From: Candidatus Syntropharchaeum butanivorans
GTDB taxonomy: Archaea; Halobacteriota; Syntropharchaeia; Syntropharchaeales; Syntropharchaeaceae
Assembly: GCA_001766825.1 (NCBI GenBank)
Contig: LYOR01000001.1
Coordinates: 287,746 to 351,745, forward strand
Length of the DNA stretch: 64,000 nucleotides
Reading direction: 5' to 3'
Notes under the pieces: model-generated
What the model was told of the DNA's origin: nothing
Seen by the model: only the letters and a program-made list of their open reading frames with translations
Database searches by the model: none
Made by a program: the position numbers and the translations under genes
Shown here: in pieces, positions 37,468 through 46,833 of the stretch
Layout: each line of letters opens with the position of its first letter
Numbering within the stretch: the first letter of the stretch is position 1

Positions 37468-38604
37468 GTGAGAATGGAGTATGGAGAGGTGTGTGAGACA
37501 GAATGGGGGGATGAGCTTGGGAAGAATATCTCTACAATAGAGGAGCTAAAAGCACATGTTAAGCTATCGCCAAGGGAGGAAAAACAGCTTCGGAAGGTGA
37601 TAGAGAGACATCCGATGAGTATCAGCAGATATTATCTTTCTTTGATAGATTGGACCGATCCTGACGATCCGATAAGAAGAATGGCGGTTCCTCGAAGTGA
37701 GGAGCTTGTTCTTGCAGGCTCTTATGATACGAGCGGTGAGCTTGAGAATACGAAACTGCCAGGTCTGCAGCATAAGTATGCTCAGACCGCCCTCATCCTG
37801 GCGACAAACAGGTGTGCAATGTACTGCAGGCACTGTTTCAGGAAGAGAATGGTTGGTATCACGGAGGATGAGGTGATACACCGATTTGAGATGGCGGTGA
37901 GCTATATCCGGGAGCATGAGGAGATCAATAATGTCTTGATCACCGGTGGTGACCCTTTCATACTGTCATCTGAGACCATTGGAAGGATGCTTGAGATGCT
38001 CTCAGATATTGAGCATCTCGATTTTATCAGGTTTGGGACGAGGGTTCCTGTAACGTTCCCTGATCGGATCATCCATGATGATGGATTGCTCGATCTGTTG
38101 AGGCTCTACTCGGATGATGAGAGAAGAATCTATGTCGTGACCCAGTTCAACCATCCGAGGGAGATAACACCGCAATCGATATCTGCTGTTGATAGCCTGA
38201 TCCGTTCTGAGGTTATCGTTAATAACCAGGCGGTTCTGCTCAGGGGCGTGAATGACGATCCGGAGACGATGGCAGAGCTTCAGAACCGGCTCGTTGCTAT
38301 CGGTGTTAACCCCTATTACGTCTTCCAGTGCAGACCTGTGAAGCGGGTTAAGCATCACTTCCAGGTCCCGCTATACAGAGGTTATGAGATCATTGAAGCT
38401 GCTAAAAAGAGGTTAAATGGACACAGCAAGCGGTTCAAGTATATCATGTCCCATAAAACAGGGAAGATAGAGATTGTAGGTATAATTGGTGATGAGATCT
38501 ATCTCAAGTATCATCAGGCGAAGAACCCGAGGAATATCGGAAAATTCTTCAAACGAAGATTGAACAAAACGGCAGGATGGCTGGATGAGCTGGATCGTAT
38601 CTGA
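37468..38604 (+). CDS. KamA-family radical SAM aminomutase (lysine 2,3-aminomutase-like)
   Basis: Contains TNRCAMYCRHCFRKR (CxxxCxxC), ITGGDPF and VTQFNHPRE. The start may be ATG at 37474. Confidence 0.8.
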   Translation: MRMEYGEVCETEWGDELGKNISTIEELKAHVKLSPREEKQLRKVIERHPMSISRYYLSLIDWTDPDDPIRRMAVPRSEELVLAGSYDTSGELENTKLPGLQHKYAQTALILATNRCAMYCRHCFRKRMVGITEDEVIHRFEMAVSYIREHEEINNVLITGGDPFILSSETIGRMLEMLSDIEHLDFIRFGTRVPVTFPDRIIHDDGLLDLLRLYSDDERRIYVVTQFNHPREITPQSISAVDSLIRSEVIVNNQAVLLRGVNDDPETMAELQNRLVAIGVNPYYVFQCRPVKRVKHHFQVPLYRGYEIIEAAKKRLNGHSKRFKYIMSHKTGKIEIVGIIGDEIYLKYHQAKNPRNIGKFFKRRLNKTAGWLDELDRI

Positions 38605-38674
38605 TCCAAAAGCTTTATTACCCTTTATAGAGCTCAGATAATATAGCATAATCTTCAGGTCCTTGTGAGGGGAT

Positions 38675-40483
38675 TTGATGGGGGGAGCTTTAACAGTTGC
38701 CAAATGGGAGGTTTTAAAGGCAAAGGGTACGATGAAGAAAGAATCTCTCCTGACCCTTCTTGTTCTTCTCATCCTTCTCGCATTATTTGTAGCCTCTGCA
38801 CCAGCAGAAGATCTCGAGATGGATGATAAGATATACACCATAGCGCTTGCAGGAAAAGAGCACCTGTCGCTTGTAGCATCTGATAACCGCTTTGATCTGG
38901 TTTTGACAGATCAAAACGAGGGTTTCAAGCTTCTGGAGGAGGGAAAGGTGGACCTTCTCATTCTGGGGGATAACGCATATCTCTATGACCGAGATAAGTC
39001 GTATGCTGCCCTGAACGCACTGAAAGAGGCTTCCCGGTCCTACAGGATCAATCTTCTAAGCTCAAAGGTTGAGAGTGGTGAGTTTGAGCCATATGAAGCA
39101 TTTCCGGTCTGGATCAAGATACACTATCTCAGGCGGGAAGAAGGGTTCAGCCTCCCATCTGTTAAACCGGAGAAAGAGGGGGGAGAGGTTGAAAGCGCCC
39201 CTGAAGAAACCCCGGATGTGGGAGGGCACCCATCACTTACCCCGATAGCATCAGAGCCTGTGAGCGATGGGGAAAGCTCAGGTGGGCCGGCAGGTCTCAA
39301 AAGGCGGCTATTTGAGAATGACCGGCTGACAACTCCCTCTGATCTCACACCTCCGCTCCCATTCAGGGCCATCTTAATCTCCTTCGTATTCATCTTCCCG
39401 CTCTACTTCATCACCCAGCTCTACTCCTCGAGCATCATGGAGGAGCGGGTAAACAGAAGGGGGGAGTTTCTGCTTGTGGCACCTGTGAAAAGATGGGAAC
39501 TTGCTGGGGGGAAGCTCCTCCCATACCTGCTTCTATCGATCCTGATTATGACCGGAACGCTCATCTATCTCGGAGAAAAACCGATGGATATCATCCAGAT
39601 ACTCCTCATACTCCTCCCTGTTGTTTTCTTCTTCCTTGCAACGTTCTTTGTTGCGGGAATCGTGACACGAAGCTTCAAAGAGCTCACATTTATATCGCTC
39701 TTCTTCGCAGCAATCACCTCGGGTTATCTCTTCTTCCCCGCGGTCTTCATGAACATCCACGCGATAAGCAGCATCTCCCCGATGACACTTGTAATAAGGA
39801 TCCTTGAAGGGGGTACAATCGGTCTGGATGAATATATCTTCTCAACACTTCCATTCTACCTCACATCCTCCTTCCTCTTTGGAGGAGGGCTTCTAATCTT
39901 CAGAGAGGAGGATCTATTCACCCAGAAGCGTGTGCATGAGAAAATTCTTGATATATTTGATCTCTTCCTGAGAAATGAGCGAACAGGAAATGTCTATCTC
40001 TCAGTACTCATATTATCCATGCTCATGATTCCATTTGCATACATGATGGAGCTCATCTCAATCTCACTTCTTTTCAGCATACCGCTCCCCTACTCAGTCA
40101 TCGGGGTGATCCTTGCCGGAGCATCTGTGGAAGAGCTTATAAAGTCGACAGGTGTCCTTACTGCACTGAAAAGGCGAATTGTAGCGGTGAACCTTAAGAA
40201 TGCGATCGTACTTGGGGTACTTTCAGGACTCGGGTTTTTCATCGGTGAGAAACTGCTTCTTCTTGCCACCATCACGTCGATTACAGGTTCTATATTCGGT
40301 ACATCGTTATTTATGACTGGAAAGCTATTGTTACCGCTCTTTCTTCACATCTTAACCCCAGTAATCACTGCACTTGGAATTTACCGCTATGGATCGAGGG
40401 GCTTTCTCCCATTTCTCAGCGTGGCGATTATCATACATAGCCTGTATAATATCACAATCGTCTGGGGGTATATATCTGGGTAA
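38675..40483 (+). CDS. polytopic membrane protein: ABC-2-type permease-like region fused to a PrsW-like intramembrane protease region
   Basis: 602 aa. The mid region resembles ABC-2/NatB permeases (MEERVNRRGEFLLVAPVKRWELAGGKLLPY). The C-terminal region has an EExxK motif (SVEELIKS) and an HxxxN motif (IIHSLYN), as in the PrsW family. Confidence 0.5.
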   Translation: MMGGALTVAKWEVLKAKGTMKKESLLTLLVLLILLALFVASAPAEDLEMDDKIYTIALAGKEHLSLVASDNRFDLVLTDQNEGFKLLEEGKVDLLILGDNAYLYDRDKSYAALNALKEASRSYRINLLSSKVESGEFEPYEAFPVWIKIHYLRREEGFSLPSVKPEKEGGEVESAPEETPDVGGHPSLTPIASEPVSDGESSGGPAGLKRRLFENDRLTTPSDLTPPLPFRAILISFVFIFPLYFITQLYSSSIMEERVNRRGEFLLVAPVKRWELAGGKLLPYLLLSILIMTGTLIYLGEKPMDIIQILLILLPVVFFFLATFFVAGIVTRSFKELTFISLFFAAITSGYLFFPAVFMNIHAISSISPMTLVIRILEGGTIGLDEYIFSTLPFYLTSSFLFGGGLLIFREEDLFTQKRVHEKILDIFDLFLRNERTGNVYLSVLILSMLMIPFAYMMELISISLLFSIPLPYSVIGVILAGASVEELIKSTGVLTALKRRIVAVNLKNAIVLGVLSGLGFFIGEKLLLLATITSITGSIFGTSLFMTGKLLLPLFLHILTPVITALGIYRYGSRGFLPFLSVAIIIHSLYNITIVWGYISG

Positions 40484-40487
40484 AAGG

Positions 40488-41549
40488 ATGATAATCGCAA
40501 AGAAAGAGCTTAAAGGCCTTCTGAACGAGAAGACACTCATCCTTGCTCTGCTGATTCAGCTTTTTATCGCATCGTTCTCCTCATTCCTCGTCCTCGGCCT
40601 CGTCTCGCTCTACAACCCCGGGGTACTCGAGGATTATAACCTCAAAGGAGCAACAATCGGAGTTGTTGGGGATTCTAAGGGGCTTCTGACAGGATTTATT
40701 AGACTGGATGGGAAGCTCAGAGTGTTCAGCTTTGAGGATATCAAAACAGCAGAAGATGCGTTCTTCAGGGGTAAGATAGACGGGATACTCGTGGTTCCTG
40801 ATACACCTCCTGAGGGAGATGAGCCGATCCAGCTTGAACTTTATCTCCCGAAAAACAGCATAAAGGCGACTGTTATCATGGTTCAGCTCAAAGAACCACT
40901 TGAACGATTCGAGAAATGGATCCGGGAGGTCAGAGGGGTTGAGATACCAGAGATAAACCTCGATCTACCGGAGGGGGTGGACAGTGGTAAGAAGAGATCG
41001 ACCGCCTTCTTCGAGTTTATATATGGACTTCTCATACCGCTACTCATGCTCACACCAGCTTTCATATCAGGTGGCTTAATGATCGACCTTGTGACAGAGG
41101 AGATTGACAGAAAGACGCTCGATATGCTGCTTGTATCACCGATTGGGCGGGCTGAGATACTCGATGGGAAGCTGCTTGTTGCAACCCTGATTGCACCCCT
41201 CCAGGCTTTATGCTGGCTGAGCCTCATGAGATTAAATGGCATTGAGATCCAGAACATTCTCTTAACGCTGTTGATCGTACTTGCGGTAACAGCGGTTTTC
41301 ACCCTGATCTGTGCGATATTATCTGTGAGGTTGGCCCATCGAGGAAACGTCCAGCTTCTGTACTCACTCTTTCTCGTAGTGCTCTTCGCAGCGACATACA
41401 CATTCCCTGTGATGCCGTTTAATCTGGTAACACGGCTTACAGCAGGAAGCAATGGAGCATCCCAGGATGCGATCTTTGTCCTTGTAACGTATGCACTCCT
41501 TGCAGCTCTTCTATATGCACTTCTTCGAAGAAGCCTGAAACCTCAGTGA
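40488..41549 (+). CDS. ABC-2-type transporter permease (NatB-like)
   Basis: MIIAKKELKGLLNEKT... and EEIDRKTLDMLLVSPIGRAEILDGKLL are typical of ABC-2 permeases. The start is set at ATG 40488, 5 nt after the upstream stop. Confidence 0.65.
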   Translation: MIIAKKELKGLLNEKTLILALLIQLFIASFSSFLVLGLVSLYNPGVLEDYNLKGATIGVVGDSKGLLTGFIRLDGKLRVFSFEDIKTAEDAFFRGKIDGILVVPDTPPEGDEPIQLELYLPKNSIKATVIMVQLKEPLERFEKWIREVRGVEIPEINLDLPEGVDSGKKRSTAFFEFIYGLLIPLLMLTPAFISGGLMIDLVTEEIDRKTLDMLLVSPIGRAEILDGKLLVATLIAPLQALCWLSLMRLNGIEIQNILLTLLIVLAVTAVFTLICAILSVRLAHRGNVQLLYSLFLVVLFAATYTFPVMPFNLVTRLTAGSNGASQDAIFVLVTYALLAALLYALLRRSLKPQ

Positions 41550-44254
41550 AGACATCTTCGCACAGGACATCCAGATGCATACTCTGTATCAAGTTCGATA
41601 TGGGCATCAAGCGTTAACACCTGCTCGTGCCTGCTTCTGTACCTGTAAACCGTGATACCTTTACACCCGAGCCTGTGAGCGAGGAGGAAGACCTCTCGCA
41701 CATCCTCAAGGGTTGCATCATGCGGGAGGTTCACGGTCTTTGAGACGCCATTATCGACATACCGCTGGAACGCAGCCTGCATCCTCACATGCCACTCTGG
41801 TGCTATATCCATCGCCGTCTGGAAAATATCCCTGATATCAGATGGGATCTCCATGATATCCCTTATCGTACCGGATTTTGCGATCCTTTTCATCAAATCA
41901 GAACTGTAAAAACCGTGGCTTCGTGAAACCTCCTCAAAGACGTGGTTTACCTCAATGAGCCTCCTTCCATCCATCACATTCCTCACGAATGCAAGCCCGA
42001 AGAGTGGTTCTATCCCACTTGTTGTCCCTGCTATGATGCTGATTGATCCCGTTGGTGCGATCGTTGTGAGTGTTGCATTTCGTATCGCGCTGTACCCTCT
42101 TTCATCCCAGATACTCCCCTCAAAGTTTTTAAATGGTCCCCGTGCCTCTGCGATCTCCTGTGATCGTTTTCGTGCCTCGTTGGCTATGAAGGACATGACC
42201 CTCTCTGCGACCTCAATACCCTCCTCTGAACCATACGGGACGTGAAGCCTCAGGAGAAGCTCTGAAAAACCCATCACTCCGAGGCCGATCTTCCTGTTAG
42301 CCCTTGTAATCTCTTCAATCTGGGGTAGTGGATACCTGTTCACGTCAATTACATTGTCAAGGAAGTGAACGGACGTTCTTACAGTTTCAGCAAGCAGATC
42401 CCAGGCGATTTCACCGTCATCGGTCACCATCCTTGCGAGGTTTATCGAGCCCAGGTTGCATGACTCATAAGGTAATAATGGCTGTTCACCACAGTTATGC
42501 AGATGGAACCCGTTTGCATCAAAGCTGTTTATTCCCGGGACCTGAAGATCATATACGTCCTCAACCCCATCAGGAACCAGTTCCTTCACCGTGGCTACAA
42601 ATCTTTCAGGAGGTATTCTCCCCCTGTAACATCTTATGGCCTGATAAAGCCGATTCATCTTTTCCTTATCCCCGAAGCCAATTTTGTTATAGAAGTGTAG
42701 CACGCTCCTGCCTGAGATCACAAGTTCATTGGGTTTTAGAGGGCGATCCTTCAACCCAAAGCCTGAAATCCTGGAGAATATGCCCATCCTCAACAGCATA
42801 CGTTGCATTGCCTTGAGAAGCTCGAGATTCTCATGGGATAACTTTATAACAACACCTTTCAAGTGATCTTCCTGAACCGATCCACTTACATCGAATATCC
42901 CCCTGATTAACCCTCTATAGAATTCTGACGATGATCTTTCCATCTCTTCGGTTATTATTTTATTTTTAAGATCAAGACCAAGCTCTTTTGAGATTAACTT
43001 CATGGACACACATTCTCTGCTATTTTCAGATGAGTATGGGCCCATGTATTTTCTCCCATCACCCAGGAGCAAACCGGCGATGTAGCCCTCTTTCTCGGTG
43101 AACCTCCCATCCCATCCGCCCAGTGAGGTATGATCATTCACGATGAGCTTATCCCCGGGTCTGAGATCCTGAGCCCTGATCCATTCCCCTTCAACCCTGT
43201 GGCCTCCTCTTCCCACCCTTTTAACCGGATGATCCGGGGTAAGTCGTAGCTCAAAACCTTCCAAGGTCACCAACCTCAGGACCTGCTTTATCCCTGTTCT
43301 GAAAAATCCCCTCCGGGTGGTTTCCCATTTCTTACCATTTACAACAACTGCAAACCTCTTTCCAACCAGTTCTCTGACCTGTCTCGCACCCTCTGCGGTC
43401 ATAATCCATGTATCTGACGTGATGCATGGGTTCGTTGCCTCGATCACACCAACCCCCGGTGTTGGATTTTTCCGGTTGATCTCATCTATAAACAGCATCC
43501 CCGGTTCACCGTTTTTGTGTGCCATGTGAACGATGAGGTCAAAGATCACCTCTGCATCAAGCTCCACCGTCACCTCGCCTGTGCGAGGGTTAACGAGCGG
43601 GTATGATTCTCCGTGGTAAAGCGCATCCATGAACGCGTCTGTAACACCCACAGATATATTGAAGTTTCTCAGCACCCCCTCATGCTCCTTCGCCCTGATA
43701 AACTCGATGATATCAGGGTGTGAGACACTGAGAACCCCGATGTTTGCCCCCCTTCTCCTGCCACCCTGCTTTATCACCTCGGTCGCAACATCAAATATCC
43801 GCATGAATGATACCGGGCCTGATGCAACCCCTTTGGTGGATCCGACAATGTCCCCTCTGGGCCTCAGCCTTGAGAAAGAGAAGCCGGTTCCACCACCACT
43901 CTGCTGGATCAGCGCCATGTGCTTGAGTGTATCGAATATAGATGTAAGCGAGTCGAAGACCGGTAGTACGAAGCATGCACTGAGCTGCCCGATCTCTGTA
44001 CCTGCGTTCATAAGCGTCGGGGAGTTTGGCAGAAAGTAAAGGGACGTCATGAGCCTGTAAAACTCCTCCTCGCTTGAGGCGGGATTATCACCATAGAGAG
44101 CGTCTGCTGCTGCCACCGCCTTTGCAACACGCCTGAACATCTCAACAGGGGTCTCTATGACCTCTCCTTTCTCATTCTTCAGGAGATACCTTCGCCTGAG
44201 AAGTGTGATCGCGTTATCAGAGAGCTTAAGGTCGCTTTCATCCCCTATCATCAC
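41543..44254 (-). CDS. nrdJ: adenosylcobalamin-dependent (class II) ribonucleotide reductase, intein-containing
   Basis: 903-aa ORF with [36 protein letters not shown] and the split active-site motif [21 protein letters not shown]. A 311-aa insert interrupts it. Confidence 0.9.
   Translation of the reverse strand: [903 protein letters not shown]
42494..43426 (-). mobile_element. intein with LAGLIDADG homing-endonuclease domain inside nrdJ
   Basis: Residues 277-587 begin with Cys (CITSDTW) and end in HN, followed by +1 Cys ([10 protein letters not shown]). The LAGLIDADG blocks are [11 protein letters not shown] and [15 protein letters not shown]. Removing the insert restores TNPCGEQ. Confidence 0.85.
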
Positions 44255-44416
44255 TACCTCCCGGAAATCAAAAACACTGTATTCTCACGCTCAATATCAG
44301 ATATCATCCTGCAATATCCTTTAAATCTATATATCTTTACCCTCGTTTGTAGCAGAGCACCCCCTCTCCAGAAATAAACTCAACCCGGGTTCAATGCCCG
44401 CGGCCCAGATAACACC

Positions 44417-45838
44417 TCAATGAAATCTCAGAATGTTCACATCAAGCCGTCCCAGGTCAAGCAATGCGGCGCACCCGGGTGTCGGCTTTATATTGAGCTT
44501 CCTCTGATATTCTGTCTGATCCTGCCACGCTCCAGCGTTTATCACCGTGACGCCCCGGTACCTCCCAACCCCAACGGTATGCGTATGTCCGCAGTGTAAA
44601 ACATCCGGAATCTGCTCGATAACACCTGAATCGATGACAGAGGGCACAATCGGGACCTTTCCACCATATATGGGAGAGAGATGACGCCTCTTGAGCATCT
44701 CGATCATAACATCCTCTGGATGATCATACGTGAGCCCCGGGATTGCCATAATCAGGTCATCAAATGATTGTCCGTGGTATACAAGAATAGACACGCCTTC
44801 AAGCTCAATGAGTGCAGGATTACTCACAAAGACCGTGTTCTCATGTTCTTTAAAGAGATCCTGGATCTTTTCAGGGAGCCTGGGTTGTGGATCGGCCTGT
44901 CTTACCGCATCATGGTTTCCCGGTGCGATTATGATCTTGACCCGTTCTGGTATTCTTGCAAGCGATTCTGCCACCATCCTGTACTGTTCCATCAGATCCG
45001 GAACCTCGAGCTCTTCCTCCTGGTTTGGATACACCCCGATCCCATCGACGATATCACCGGCGATCACGAGGTATCTCACCCTCTCTGATAGCCCAACTTC
45101 CCGCTCACTCCCAAGTTCACCACAGATCCATGCGATGAAACGATCCCATGCTCCATCCAGAAATGTCCGGTTTCCAGCGTGAATATCAGAGATCAGGACG
45201 GCGAAACTCCCGTTTTTGGAGTAATCTGGTCTGAAGTTACTCGGTACATCCGGAAAGATAATCCTGTCAGCGACAAGAAGCGATCCATCCTTTGTCAGCT
45301 GGCCCTGGACCCCTATCACCTCATCCAGAAGAATATTCTCGTTTATCTTGTCCTTCATAAGGAGAACCGGGAGTCTTCCCGTCATATCCTCAAGTTCAAG
45401 GAGTGTATGCCCATTTTGAGTCCTGTTGATCTCAGATACTATCCCGATAACACCTATATTTCCTGTGTCATGCCTCTTTATCCGCTTGATCCCTTCGATG
45501 CTCCTTGCGTTCAACCTTCCCTGCAAGATCCGTGATAACTTCTCAAACCTGTCACAGAACCTTCTTACAAACCCCTCTTCACCTTCTGCGATAATTCGAA
45601 GATCTGAAGCATCCATAAGTACACGAAAAGATCCTTCTTTCTCCCTTTTTCTCTCTTTTTTACCTGCAAAGAGGGGGGATAGGTCTGAGGGGCATATAAC
45701 AACCTTGGACTCATCTATTGAGCTTATGATCTCTTCAATCAGATCTTCTCCAACTGCCTGCTCTGAGAGGATTCGTGCAGCATCGGGATGCAACTGGTAT
45801 CCGAGCCTTGCAAACCGCTCAACGATCGTTTCAAGCAT
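44417..45838 (-). CDS. DNA polymerase II (PolD) small subunit DP1
   Basis: 473 aa with an OB-fold region followed by calcineurin-like phosphoesterase motifs (LISDIHAG, IAGDIVDG, APGNHD, HCGHTH). Confidence 0.9.
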   Translation of the reverse strand: MLETIVERFARLGYQLHPDAARILSEQAVGEDLIEEIISSIDESKVVICPSDLSPLFAGKKERKREKEGSFRVLMDASDLRIIAEGEEGFVRRFCDRFEKLSRILQGRLNARSIEGIKRIKRHDTGNIGVIGIVSEINRTQNGHTLLELEDMTGRLPVLLMKDKINENILLDEVIGVQGQLTKDGSLLVADRIIFPDVPSNFRPDYSKNGSFAVLISDIHAGNRTFLDGAWDRFIAWICGELGSEREVGLSERVRYLVIAGDIVDGIGVYPNQEEELEVPDLMEQYRMVAESLARIPERVKIIIAPGNHDAVRQADPQPRLPEKIQDLFKEHENTVFVSNPALIELEGVSILVYHGQSFDDLIMAIPGLTYDHPEDVMIEMLKRRHLSPIYGGKVPIVPSVIDSGVIEQIPDVLHCGHTHTVGVGRYRGVTVINAGAWQDQTEYQRKLNIKPTPGCAALLDLGRLDVNILRFH

Positions 45839-45839
45839 T

Positions 45840-46457
45840 TTAAACCTCCCGCTTCAGCCTGACCCTCCCGGACGCTCCATTCACATAAAATCCCAGACTC
45901 CTGAGGTAGGATGATGCCTTTCCATCACCGTGTATCAGAAGCTCGATTAGATCTGACTCTTCATCCATATCAACAGCCGCAAGGAAGGAGTAGTAAATAC
46001 GCAGGCTCAGCCCCCTCTCTCTTGCGATAGAGATGTGGTCCTGGAGGCTGTTGCCGTAGTAATCAACCCTGAACCTTGAAGGAGACCTTAAAAGCAGTAT
46101 ATTCGTCCCCCCTCCCATTCCCGGTGCGATCACGACCTCCTCCTCAAACCCCAACATCTCGTCTATCACAGATCCGGTTAAAAGCGGGAGGTCAGACATC
46201 ACGATCATCACCGGGTCAACCTCATCCATCAGTATAGAGTTTATCGCACTGTTAAGATCCCTCTCATCTACGAGATACTCGACCCCGTATGGTGCAGTGA
46301 TCTCGGTGATGCCATCCGGGGATGTTGCCAGGATGACAATCTCATCGAGGCTTGATGACTTCAAGGACCTTATCACATCCTCAAGCATCGAGAATGCAAA
46401 AATCTCTCGCTCTTTATCGTTTAAAATATTAGAGAGGCGGGATTTTGCACCACTCAC
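45840..46457 (-). CDS. cofC: 2-phospho-L-lactate guanylyltransferase (F420 biosynthesis)
   Basis: Contains GAKSRLS..L...ERE, VMSDLPLL, APGMGGGTNILLL and DMDEESDL. Conserved N-terminal residues (IRAYIPFKV) lie upstream of the first canonical start, so the true start is unresolved (see findings). Confidence 0.72.
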   Translation of the reverse strand: MSGAKSRLSNILNDKEREIFAFSMLEDVIRSLKSSSLDEIVILATSPDGITEITAPYGVEYLVDERDLNSAINSILMDEVDPVMIVMSDLPLLTGSVIDEMLGFEEEVVIAPGMGGGTNILLLRSPSRFRVDYYGNSLQDHISIARERGLSLRIYYSFLAAVDMDEESDLIELLIHGDGKASSYLRSLGFYVNGASGRVRLKREV

Positions 46458-46508
46458 CTTAAAAGGGATGTAAGCTCTGATGCAACCGCCTCCAACAGGG
46501 GGGTCTTC

Positions 46509-46820
46509 TCAGCTTCTGAGGACGATCTCGATATGCACATCCTTTGGGACCTGAATCCTCATGAGCTGGCGTAACGCACGCTCATCTGCCTCCAGATCAA
46601 TCAATCGCTTGTGGATACGCATCTCCCAGTGATCCCATGTCTCTGTACCCTCGCCATCAGGGCTCTTCCTGCATGGAACGACGAGTTTTCTCGTTGGTAA
46701 GGGGATTGGGCCTCTACACCCAACTCCCGTCATATCAGCTATCTTCTTGATCTGAGCGCATATCTCATCAAGCTGGCGAGGGCTCCTTCCTGCAAGCCGT
46801 ATCCGTGCTACCTGGCTCAC
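46509..46820 (-). CDS. rps10: 30S ribosomal protein S10 (uS10)
   Basis: [14 protein letters not shown]...[10 protein letters not shown]...[12 protein letters not shown] is uS10. I place the start at GTG 46820 (103 aa), with GGAGAG just upstream. The ORF-track TTG at 46844 would overlap tuf. Confidence 0.9.
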   Translation of the reverse strand: MSQVARIRLAGRSPRQLDEICAQIKKIADMTGVGCRGPIPLPTRKLVVPCRKSPDGEGTETWDHWEMRIHKRLIDLEADERALRQLMRIQVPKDVHIEIVLRS

Positions 46821-46833
46821 GATCTCTCCTCTA

